Source of the DNA: an uncultured Geobacter sp.
GTDB lineage: Bacteria; Myxococcota_A; UBA9160; JADFDR01
Direction of reading: 5' to 3'
Assembly (NCBI GenBank): GCA_964424225.1
Contig: CAYRID010000001.1
Location: 7,369-71,368 of the forward strand
Length of the DNA: 64,000 bases
The stretch's first letter is position 1. Each line of letters opens with the position of its first letter. The translations under genes were made by a program, and so were the position numbers. Positions 26,771 to 35,086 of this stretch are shown here, piece by piece. The notes beneath the pieces are model-generated. The model ran no database searches, was not told the DNA's origin, and was given only the letters and a program-made list of their open reading frames with translations.

Positions 26771-28843
26771 TTACTGACGCTCCCGGTAAAAGGTCACAAC
26801 CGCCGGAAAAACGATCGCCACTGCAGCAATCAAAATCACATACAGCGGCCACACGATCGGCGCATTCCATTCGGCTCGCAAGCGACTACGCTCTTTTGTG
26901 TCAATATCGCGATACTTTGCCGTCGCAATCGAAAGGCCGGCCGGCTTCACATTCTTGAACCACGGATGATAAAGCGCGTAGTCCTCGCGGTGGAAGAGTT
27001 CGATCCATGGCCGCTCGTCTTCGAGAATTGTTTGCATCTCGCGAATCAATACAAGACGCTCTGCATCGCTTTCGCGCGCACTCATCTTCACAAAAAGTTC
27101 GTCATAGCGTGGATTCGAAAAATTCGCCGTATTCGGCCCACCACTCGCCGTGCGACCCATGGGTGTCCAAAGTAAAAACATGAAATTCTCGGGATCGGGA
27201 TAATCCGCCACCCAGCCCCACATAAAAATTTGGTATGCACCTTTATCAACCTTCTCTTGAAACTGGTTGTAGGTCGTCGCGCTGATCTCAACATCGAGCC
27301 CAAGCTTGCGCCAGGCATTCACAAAAAATTGGAAACGCAGCAAACCTTGCGCACTCGGATCGGGCGAATCGAACGTAAGATGCAGCGGCTTTTTCGTCGT
27401 TGCATCGATTCCCCCCGCATAGCCCGCTTCCACGAGGAGCTGCTTTGCGCGCTCGAGATCCACCTGTCGATAAGAATTACGCAAATTTGCGTCATAACCA
27501 AAAATTCCAGGCGGCAACAAAGATTGTGCGGGCACACCGCGCCCGTTATTAAAAATCCGAACGAATTCTTGTGCATCAATCGCAAGGCTCATGGCCTGAC
27601 GCAGTTTCTTTGCGCGCTCGCCGCCCGAGTGACCGACGGTGGAATCGTCCATATTGAAGCCGATGTAATACACATCGGGCGACACACTTTTTTCAAGCTT
27701 CATGCCACGGGCGGCCATCTCCGGCGAAAGCTCGTCGCCGCGCACAACCTTATCGAAACTCTCACGAATGATTCCCGACGCATCGTAGTAACCCTGCAAA
27801 AACTTCCCGAAAGCCGGGATGCCTTCTTGCTCGCGGCGAAACTCGATGCGTTCGATGAACGGCAAGGCGCGTCCAACGTAGGCCGGATCAAGAAGTCCGC
27901 GCTCGAAATCGCCGGGCTCACCTTCGCGCGGATACGTCGCACCGGGTGCATGACGCTCGGGATAACGCACCCCGTACCAATTTTGATTTTTTTCGAGAAT
28001 CATTCGATGACGTTTGGCATACACCGAAAGACGATACGGTCCCGCACCGACGGGATGGTCTTGAAAATGTTCGCGCCCGTCTTGGCCGTCATAATACGCA
28101 ATCGCTTCCCAGGGTATGGGAGCCGTGAACGGCATCGCGAACCAATACAGAATTTGCGGGTACGCCTCGCTCAACAAAATCTCAAGATCGCGATCGCTCG
28201 CCACACGCACACCTGAAATACCACCAATCTGTGTATATTGTTCATGCGCGGGTAGCTTTGCAAAATTCGCATCGCCTTCGCGACGCTTTGCCAGCGCCTG
28301 CGAAAACTCCATAAACCCCACAATTTTCTCGAAAGTCGTAATCACAGGGCTCGCCACCGACGGATCTGCGATGCGTTGCAACTCAAACGCAAAGTCTTGC
28401 GCCAGAACTGCACGCGTCGGCGCACCGGCGAGTTTTTCGAAACACGAATCATTCTGAAAAAGCAAACCCTCTTGCAAGCGAAAGCGATAGAGAACTTTTC
28501 CGTCAGGCTGTGGCTCGGCCTTCGGCACACTCTGCGCAAGCGAAGGCATCAATTCGTAGGGGCGCTTCAAGTAATGATATTCGAGCAAGGTGTCGTACAC
28601 ATTGCCAGTAATCGCTGTCGATGCCGTCGTGTAGGCCACCGCCGGATCCAGTGTCTTTGGCGCTTCGTCGAACGAGCCATACAAAATTTTTTGATCGCGA
28701 TCTGCGCTCGGATAAGGGTCGTTGCTGCAACTTCCCAAACATGTCAGCAAGCAAAGCAGTGCGCCACAAGACATAACGCAGCGGCACAAAAAACTCGCGC
28801 TCTGCAAGAGGCGCCTTTTTTCATACCGCATAAACTGACCCAT
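26771..28843 (-). CDS. ABC transporter substrate-binding protein, family 5 (OppA/DppA-like), with lipoprotein signal and C-terminal TM helix
   Basis: SBP_bac_5-like body (YRFRLQEGLLFQND..., GPYRLSVY...). Has a lipobox LGSC and a C-terminal hydrophobic helix IVWPLYVILIAAVAIVFPAVVTF. The start is uncertain (ATG at 28843 or 28831; the ORF-track 28942 is probably too long). Confidence 0.8.
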   Translation of the reverse strand: MGQFMRYEKRRLLQSASFLCRCVMSCGALLCLLTCLGSCSNDPYPSADRDQKILYGSFDEAPKTLDPAVAYTTASTAITGNVYDTLLEYHYLKRPYELMPSLAQSVPKAEPQPDGKVLYRFRLQEGLLFQNDSCFEKLAGAPTRAVLAQDFAFELQRIADPSVASPVITTFEKIVGFMEFSQALAKRREGDANFAKLPAHEQYTQIGGISGVRVASDRDLEILLSEAYPQILYWFAMPFTAPIPWEAIAYYDGQDGREHFQDHPVGAGPYRLSVYAKRHRMILEKNQNWYGVRYPERHAPGATYPREGEPGDFERGLLDPAYVGRALPFIERIEFRREQEGIPAFGKFLQGYYDASGIIRESFDKVVRGDELSPEMAARGMKLEKSVSPDVYYIGFNMDDSTVGHSGGERAKKLRQAMSLAIDAQEFVRIFNNGRGVPAQSLLPPGIFGYDANLRNSYRQVDLERAKQLLVEAGYAGGIDATTKKPLHLTFDSPDPSAQGLLRFQFFVNAWRKLGLDVEISATTYNQFQEKVDKGAYQIFMWGWVADYPDPENFMFLLWTPMGRTASGGPNTANFSNPRYDELFVKMSARESDAERLVLIREMQTILEDERPWIELFHREDYALYHPWFKNVKPAGLSIATAKYRDIDTKERSRLRAEWNAPIVWPLYVILIAAVAIVFPAVVTFYRERQ

Positions 28844-28919
28844 TTTCGTGTAGGATACTTTATTTTTGCGATGCCAAACCCATCGCATCGCAAAGCGACT
28901 ATCAAAAATACAAAATGCA

Positions 28920-29777
28920 TTACAGCGTAAAAAGATTTTCATCGAGTTCCGGATTCAACTCAAGCGCAGAAAACTGCAGTACGACGGAAATTGCGTCCCG
29001 TGGCACGCGAAGCTCAATACGCTGCGGAAAATTGGTCGCTGGCACCGACTCGGCCGTCGTTGCGGCAGCTTGCGTCGTAGACTCCGTCGGTGCTGTAGAC
29101 TGGGACACTGCCGGCGCCGTCGCAATCGGAGCAAAATCGAGAAACGTCGCTTCCCAAATCGTCTCACCACTTTTCGCAATCACGCTCGTTCGGACCAAGC
29201 GCAGCGCAGAGTCAAACTCGAAACGGCGCAGGCTCGCCGCATCGCCAAAATCTTGTCGCGCCTTGAGTGCTGGATCCTGCAACACGATCGCAAAGCCGCC
29301 ACCCGCTAACTCGGCGGCCGCCTCGATGCGATAGTTCGCAGGCAAAGTCGGTGCCGCCAGAAGCAGTTGCGCAGCTTCCTCCGGTGAAAGATCAACTCCC
29401 GTCGTGGCACGCAAAAGTTGCTCATACACCGCGCCGCGCTCAAACATGCGCTTGCTCGCATCATACACCGTAAATTGTTGTCCGTCCGTCACAAGTAGCG
29501 AAACCACTTGACTCATCAAACCAAACACTTCAATGCGTAAAAAAGATGGGCGCTTCGCAAGCACAACCTGTTTTGCACGCCCGCTACCATGCGGACTATC
29601 GATCGAAATTTTCGCAAGCGCACGCAAACTTTGGCGCTGCGCCGCATTGGTTTCGAGCCGAGCCAGTGCGTGCGCAATGCGCGGATCCTCGGAAGCCATC
29701 GGCGTCTGCGGCGCAATCGTCGCGCAGGCGCTGCAAAACCAAAGAAGAGTCAGGAGCCAAAGCCGACGTCGCATCAC
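28920..29777 (-). CDS. LolB-like / DUF4292-type outer-membrane lipoprotein
   Basis: Lipoprotein signal MMRRRLWLLTLLWFCSAC. The LolB-like pattern is LRALAKISIDSP...GRAKQVVLAKRPSFLRIEVFG. ATGA overlap with the upstream TPR gene. Confidence 0.55.
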   Translation of the reverse strand: MMRRRLWLLTLLWFCSACATIAPQTPMASEDPRIAHALARLETNAAQRQSLRALAKISIDSPHGSGRAKQVVLAKRPSFLRIEVFGLMSQVVSLLVTDGQQFTVYDASKRMFERGAVYEQLLRATTGVDLSPEEAAQLLLAAPTLPANYRIEAAAELAGGGFAIVLQDPALKARQDFGDAASLRRFEFDSALRLVRTSVIAKSGETIWEATFLDFAPIATAPAVSQSTAPTESTTQAAATTAESVPATNFPQRIELRVPRDAISVVLQFSALELNPELDENLFTL

Positions 29778-31615
29778 GGCGGCGTCAACTCGCGCTGCAA
29801 AGATTCATACTTCTGCATAAAATTCGGTTGCTCTTTTTCGCGCAAGCCAAGTTCGATCGCTCGGCGATACATCTCGAGCGCACGACGTGAATCGCCAGCG
29901 AAGCGATAAGCATCGCCGAGGTGTTCGAAGATCACAGGATCACCGCCGGAGAGTTCGTTTGCGCGCTGCAAGGCATCGATCGCGCGCCGTACAAGCGCCT
30001 TCGCTTCGCTGATCCGGCCCTGCGCGAAAAGGGGTTGTGCTTGCGCGCAATACAACCAACCCAAACTGTCGAGAATGAAACCATCTTGCGGACGCAGTTC
30101 GACGGCTCGACGCAAATACGTTTCAGCCTGATCCAGATTTTCACCGCGATCCACCCAGGTGTAACCAAGATAGTTTAAGGCATTGAAGTGATCTGGATTC
30201 TGCGCGATCACGCGCTGCATCAGCTCTACCATTTTTTCATATTGCCCCGCTTCGCCGTGCACAAGTCCAAGTTGATATAACAATTCTGTGTCATCTGGCG
30301 TCTCTTTGAGCAAGGGTTCGAGGATGAGCAACGCGTCGTCGTAGTCGCCAAGCCGCGCCATCAGCGTAGCGGTGTAATAATCAAGCGGGCGCGACGGACG
30401 CTGCCCACGTGCAGCCAGCAAGTTTTCCAGTGCGCGCTCGAGATTTTTCTTTTTCTCATAAACCGCTGCGAGTTGAATCCGCGCATCGGCGAAGCGATCG
30501 TGGCTCGGTGGCACACTCTCAAAGAGATTCTCGGCCGCATCAACCTCGCCCAGCTCCAACCGGCAAAGCCCAAGGAAATACACAAAATCATACTGCGTAG
30601 GCTCGACGGCCAAGACACGCTCGAAATGCGCCGCCGCCGCCGCAAACTCGGAAAGCTCATACTCGAGCACCGCCAGCGTCACGAGCGAACGATAATCATC
30701 CGGATAAAACTTTTCGATTTCACGCAGCACATCACGCGCTTGCGCCTTTTGCTCAAGATCGAAATATGCCGACGCAAGATCGCGTAACGCTGTGTAGTGT
30801 TGTGGATCGGTCTTCAGGATTTCGCGGTATATCTCGATCTGCGCTTCGACACCACCCTGTTCACGGCGCAGTTGCAAAAGCTGCTGATAGACCGCCATAT
30901 CGTTATTCGTCACACGCAACGCATCGCGCAGCGCCTGCTCAGCACGCTTTGGATCCTCCAGCTGCGAATACGCCGCCGAAATTGCGAAATAACCCGCGAC
31001 TTGCTCCGGGCTTTGCGCCACCACCCACTGCCCCATCGCCAGCGCATCTTGCGGACGATTCGCTTCAAGATACATCTGACTGAGCAGCAACCCGGCTTCA
31101 ACACTCACCGGTGTAGAGCCAAGCGGTGACGCACCTTGCTGTGCCGCAGTCTCTTGCAGCAGATACTTTTCGGCCTCAGCGAGATTTCTGCGTAAGCGAT
31201 AAAGCGAGCCGAGATATACACGAGTTTGCGGATCTTGCGAATCGATTCGATACGCCGCAAGCGCGTGATCCAGCGCCTCCTCGAAGCGATCCGGCAAACG
31301 CACGGCCACTTGTGAAAAGCGAAGATGCAAAAACGCAGAATTGGGATCTTTGGCAATCGCGCGCCGATAGGCCGCAAGCGCCTCGTCGAACTTTCCTTCG
31401 CGTTCAAAATCTTGCCCGACGAGCAGATCGTATTCCGGCGGCGCCGACGGACGAATCACGCTTTCGGCATCCGTCTCGCTCGAAAGCAAAAAACGGCTCG
31501 CGCAACCCACGACACCGAGACTGCTTGCCGCAAGCAAACACGCAAAACTGGTTCGCACGAAGGCTCGCGCAAAAGGCCATACCAGGACTCGCTTGCACTG
31601 CGATGGTTGCATCAT
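29774..31615 (-). CDS. Tetratricopeptide-repeat (TPR) lipoprotein
   Basis: Lipobox LGVVGC, then many TPR-like A/Y/L repeat units throughout the 613 aa. Confidence 0.8.
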   Translation of the reverse strand: MMQPSQCKRVLVWPFARAFVRTSFACLLAASSLGVVGCASRFLLSSETDAESVIRPSAPPEYDLLVGQDFEREGKFDEALAAYRRAIAKDPNSAFLHLRFSQVAVRLPDRFEEALDHALAAYRIDSQDPQTRVYLGSLYRLRRNLAEAEKYLLQETAAQQGASPLGSTPVSVEAGLLLSQMYLEANRPQDALAMGQWVVAQSPEQVAGYFAISAAYSQLEDPKRAEQALRDALRVTNNDMAVYQQLLQLRREQGGVEAQIEIYREILKTDPQHYTALRDLASAYFDLEQKAQARDVLREIEKFYPDDYRSLVTLAVLEYELSEFAAAAAHFERVLAVEPTQYDFVYFLGLCRLELGEVDAAENLFESVPPSHDRFADARIQLAAVYEKKKNLERALENLLAARGQRPSRPLDYYTATLMARLGDYDDALLILEPLLKETPDDTELLYQLGLVHGEAGQYEKMVELMQRVIAQNPDHFNALNYLGYTWVDRGENLDQAETYLRRAVELRPQDGFILDSLGWLYCAQAQPLFAQGRISEAKALVRRAIDALQRANELSGGDPVIFEHLGDAYRFAGDSRRALEMYRRAIELGLREKEQPNFMQKYESLQRELTPP

Positions 31616-31725
31616 GCTCGCGCACCCCTACACTTTTTCGAGTCAACACGCGATGCGCTTTCGCAAGCGCACCGAAGATTTCGACACCTTCTCACCGTCG
31701 CGCTGCATGTGCAAGCAGGTTGTGC

Positions 31726-32346
31726 CTAGGCGCGCAGATAGCCTTTGTCGCGCAAATACTGGATCAATTTTCCCGCCGACTCTTCCACGGTTTGCTTGGC
31801 CGTATCGAGCACGAGTTCCGGCTTTTCCGGCGCTTCGTACGGCGCGGAAATCCCCGTGAACTCGGGAATCTGGCCCGCGCGCGCCTTCGCATACAGGCCC
31901 TTCACGTCGCGGCTCTCGCAAGTCGCCACGTCGGCACTCACATAGGCTTCCACGAAATCGCCCGCTTGCATCTTCGCGCGCACGGCATCGCGATCGGCGC
32001 GATAGGGCGAAATGAACGAAGTCAACACGATCACGCCCGCGTCGGTAAACAGCTTCGCGACTTCGCCGATGCGGCGAATGTTCTCGGTGCGATCTTCGGG
32101 CGAAAAACCGAGATTGCTGTTGAGGCCATGTCGAATGTTGTCGCCGTCGAGCACATAGGCGAGATGGCCTTGATCCATGAGCATCTTCTCAACCGCCACC
32201 GCCACCGTCGATTTGCCGGATCCCGAAAGACCCGTCAGCCAAATCGTCACACCGCGCTGCTTGAGATGCGCCTCGCGCGCCGCCCGATCCACCGCCCGCT
32301 CCTGCCAAGTAATGTTCGTGCTCTTCGGTTCCGCCATGGGATGCAT
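31726..32346 (-). CDS. cysC: Adenylyl-sulfate (APS) kinase
   Basis: P-loop LTGLSGSGKSTVA, plus YVLDGDNIRHGLN and SFISPYR motifs. Confidence 0.93.
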   Translation of the reverse strand: MHPMAEPKSTNITWQERAVDRAAREAHLKQRGVTIWLTGLSGSGKSTVAVAVEKMLMDQGHLAYVLDGDNIRHGLNSNLGFSPEDRTENIRRIGEVAKLFTDAGVIVLTSFISPYRADRDAVRAKMQAGDFVEAYVSADVATCESRDVKGLYAKARAGQIPEFTGISAPYEAPEKPELVLDTAKQTVEESAGKLIQYLRDKGYLRA

Positions 32347-32688
32347 CCTCTCCGGATTTTTCGATTCAATTTTTCAAAGCCAAACAATCAATCCAAACGC
32401 GCAAAACGACGGCGCAAAACAAGGCCAACGCGCGCAAGACAAAGCCGCGCCGAGAGTAGCGGGAGGAAGGCAAATGTCGAGCATGGCGCCCGAGGCAGGA
32501 AAACGGTAAGTCGAGCAGCCGCAAGCCGGCGCGCTGCGCGAGAACCGCAAGCCCATTTCAAAATCAAAAGAACGCAAGAGAAAACAAGGAGGTCGCCAGC
32601 GCTGGGACATGACTCTTTTCTTTGTCACCCAAAACACCCGAACACCGTGCCCACACAACGGCGACGAAAACCGCGACAACGCGAACGA

Positions 32689-33531
32689 CTACTTTTCGAT
32701 GAGCCCCGCTTCACGCAACCGTCGCCGCACGACCCGAAAGACGTCCTCAAATTCCGGCAAGATCGACATCTGCTGAGAAAGTCGCGCAGACCACAATGCT
32801 TTATAACGCGCCTCCTTCACGGTAAACGCCTCACTCATTGTCACTCGTGTACGATTACGAAACGCAAGCTTGCTTTCGACCGCAGGCACCAGGGCAGAAA
32901 AATCGACACCTGCCTCCGTCGCGAGATGCCAAAGATCATAAAGATCCCGCGGCTCGTTCCGAGCCTTGTCCGTAAGCGCGACGATCTTTTCAGCCGCGAT
33001 CTCATCCAGCGAATAGACACAAATTCGTGACGCCTCCGGCAAATCCTCATACTCTGCGTAACCGCGCAACACGGGATGCTCTTCGATGGGCCGCACGAGT
33101 TGCTCACGAATCGTGATGTCGACTTTCACTTCCCGGGGTGACACCGTCGGAAGCGGACCTTCGTAAGCAAGATAAAACGTATGACTGTTTTGATGACTCC
33201 GTCGATCACTCCTTGCGAAGCGAAACACGATACCGGACGCCCGTCGGACCTCTGCATAAATCTCCTCAAGACCGACGAGAATTTCCTCGAATCGCTGCGG
33301 CGCCGCGAGCGTAAAGTCGAGATCTTCCGAAAAGCGGTAGTCTGCGAAGTAACAGCGCTTGAGCGCCGTACCGCCTTTGAACACGAGCGCTTCGCGCAAC
33401 ACCGATCTGGATAGGCCCACCAAAAACCATGCGAGGCAGTAATCGCGCTCGAGCACCGACTCGACGATGCGGCGACCGCCAGCGCGCGCCAGGCGATTCG
33501 AAAGAAGCGAGAGGTTACGTTGCGGGATCAT
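32689..33531 (-). CDS. abiEii: AbiEii/AbiGii-family nucleotidyltransferase toxin (type IV toxin-antitoxin / abortive infection)
   Basis: DUF1814 motifs FKGGTALKRCY, YRFSEDLDFT, EKIVAL and RDLYDLW. Confidence 0.9.
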   Translation of the reverse strand: MIPQRNLSLLSNRLARAGGRRIVESVLERDYCLAWFLVGLSRSVLREALVFKGGTALKRCYFADYRFSEDLDFTLAAPQRFEEILVGLEEIYAEVRRASGIVFRFARSDRRSHQNSHTFYLAYEGPLPTVSPREVKVDITIREQLVRPIEEHPVLRGYAEYEDLPEASRICVYSLDEIAAEKIVALTDKARNEPRDLYDLWHLATEAGVDFSALVPAVESKLAFRNRTRVTMSEAFTVKEARYKALWSARLSQQMSILPEFEDVFRVVRRRLREAGLIEK

Positions 33532-33534
33532 CCC

Positions 33535-34386
33535 TCAGTTTCTCACAATACTGTGTATCTCGGCCGGATCCACGTTGAGCCGCAACCGCCAGCGCGCCTG
33601 ATACGCACCGTCGGCAGGCAGCATGGGATCGAGCAGCATATACGAAGACGTAAGTCGCGCTCGCAAACGCTGCAGATCCGCATCCGCCAGCGTCACCTCG
33701 AACAACTCAAGCAAGAATCCCAACCGACGCACTACGGCACCGATATGCAGCCGCAATGCATAATCAACAAGTTTTGCGGGATCCATGGCTTCGCGCTGCA
33801 TCCAGTAACCCTTGGCCACTTCGGTCATGCCTCCACAAAGCTCGGGTTGTTTGAGTCCATCGATAACAGTCCTTTCGAGATCACTCACACGCACACGCTC
33901 GGTCTTCGTCACCCAGTGATCGACAATGCCAAACAAATCAGCGGGCTTGCACCGCACAAAGCGAAACTCCGTGCCCAACACTGCACGCGGCCGAATTGCT
34001 TTGGGCGAAGTCACAAAAACAGCGAGCTGCGGCTGCGTCACCATTTGGTGTATCTCCATCGCGGAGGCATGCGAAACGTAATAATCGGACGTGCCCGCAA
34101 GAGCGCGGGCCACCGCATAGGGATTGCCGAGATACTCACGCTCTCGTCCAAGTTCGAAGGGCACGAGGATGAAAAGACCAGGCTTGAGTCGCGTGGCGAG
34201 ACCACGATTGACGAGCCCCGTGATGAGGTTCCGGGCCGACGTCGCACACAGACCCGAGATTTCCTTCACGTCCACATGCGTAAAAAGCGTCCGGCCACGC
34301 GCATGCAGCTCTGTCACCAATCGCGCAGATTGAGGTCCAAGCGTTTTCTGAAAATCATATTTTGAGTTTGATTTGACCATCTTCAA
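33535..34386 (-). CDS. abiEi: AbiEi-family antitoxin / transcriptional regulator
   Basis: COG5340-like. N-terminal wHTH (FTHVDVKEISGLCATSARNLITGLVNRGLATRLKPGLF) and a C-terminal domain (RVSDLERTVIDGL). It lies 3 nt upstream of abiEii. Confidence 0.85.
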   Translation of the reverse strand: MKMVKSNSKYDFQKTLGPQSARLVTELHARGRTLFTHVDVKEISGLCATSARNLITGLVNRGLATRLKPGLFILVPFELGREREYLGNPYAVARALAGTSDYYVSHASAMEIHQMVTQPQLAVFVTSPKAIRPRAVLGTEFRFVRCKPADLFGIVDHWVTKTERVRVSDLERTVIDGLKQPELCGGMTEVAKGYWMQREAMDPAKLVDYALRLHIGAVVRRLGFLLELFEVTLADADLQRLRARLTSSYMLLDPMLPADGAYQARWRLRLNVDPAEIHSIVRN

Positions 34387-34394
34387 GAGTCATT

Positions 34395-34420
34395 TTGCAC
34401 TTAAAATATTATTTCAGCAA
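34395..34420. promoter_or_regulatory. AT-rich imperfect inverted repeat (TTGCAC-TTAAAATATTATTT-CAGCAA); candidate abiE promoter/operator
   Basis: It sits directly upstream of the abiEi ATG at 34386 on the minus strand. AbiEi proteins are known to autorepress through inverted repeats. No experimental support here. Confidence 0.3.
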
Positions 34421-34439
34421 GGGGAAAGCCTGAAAAATC

Positions 34440-34669
34440 ACAGGCCAGGCATCAAGCACGGTCGACCCTACCTCATTGCCTTCACGCCCAGCAATGTCCC
34501 TTGGCAGCTTCGTTCGGGAGAGGACCTTTTTGTTAATTCATGAACCAGATTTAGGGAGCGTCACAATAAGTTGCTCGGCTATCTAACTCCGAAGGAGTTT
34601 GAACTCCTTCACGTTCCCGAAAACCCCCACAGTTTTGACTGGACGAAGAGAGGACAACACGAAATATAA
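34440..34669 (+). pseudogene. Decayed 3' end of a DDE (rve-type) transposase/integrase
   Basis: A single frame reads ...HRPGIKHGRPYLIAFTPSNVPWQLRSGEDLFVNS*TRFRERHNKLLGYLTPKEFELL... The GI-H-RPY and R-H--LGYLTP-EFE motifs are typical of transposase C-termini. There is an in-frame stop at 34541 and no upstream catalytic domain. Confidence 0.6.
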
Positions 34670-34708
34670 TTATAAGCTCGCTAGGAACCCAACCACTGAG
34701 GAGGACTA

Positions 34709-35044
34709 ATGAAAGTTCTATTGATGACAACGACCGCAGCTTTGCTTCTTTCTAGTTGCGCCACAACCAAGCATTGGTCAGCCACGGGTGGTAGTCGCGC
34801 TGATGCGACAGTGCGCCTTTCGTATGAATACGGCCTGTTTGAAAATCCACAAGTCGATGAATTGGAAGCACTGAATCTGGCAACTGCGCGCTGCAAGACA
34901 TGGGGCTACACGGGCGCTGAGGCATTCGGTGGCGTCACGCGTCAGTGTAATGCTCCGGATGGCAGGGGCGGATGCAACAGCTGGCTCGTAACCAAAGAGT
35001 TCCAGTGCACGGGCATGGGCAACAAGGGCCCAGGCGCCAACTGA
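34709..35044 (+). CDS. YecR-like small lipoprotein
   Basis: Lipobox LLLSSC and a GAGGAGG RBS. The pattern WSATGGSRADATVRLSYEY...ARCKTWGYTGAEAFGG...C...GC..W.V..EFQC matches my recollection of YecR-family lipoproteins. Confidence 0.6.
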   Translation: MKVLLMTTTAALLLSSCATTKHWSATGGSRADATVRLSYEYGLFENPQVDELEALNLATARCKTWGYTGAEAFGGVTRQCNAPDGRGGCNSWLVTKEFQCTGMGNKGPGAN

Positions 35045-35086
35045 GTACACTGACGATTTCTTGATCATTCTCTTACTCGAAGAACG

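Noticed and set aside
22650-28930. Series of plus-strand ORFs (22650-23375, 23777-24433, 24694-25512, 25904-26554, 27230-28216, 28376-28930)
   Set aside because: All are antisense to the five-gene peptide ABC transporter operon, whose Walker, permease and SBP motifs are clear.
32374-32679. 101-aa minus-strand ORF in the cysC-abiEii gap
   Set aside because: It has no RBS, an odd Cys/Phe/Arg-rich composition and no motifs. I treat the region as non-coding spacer at the edge of the islet.
31126-33030. 634-aa ORF on the plus strand, the longest 'novel' ORF in the track
   Set aside because: It runs antisense to three well-supported genes (TPR protein, cysC, abiEii). Its translation is Arg/Pro/Ala-rich low-complexity sequence with no motifs. 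This is typical of shadow ORFs in GC-rich DNA.
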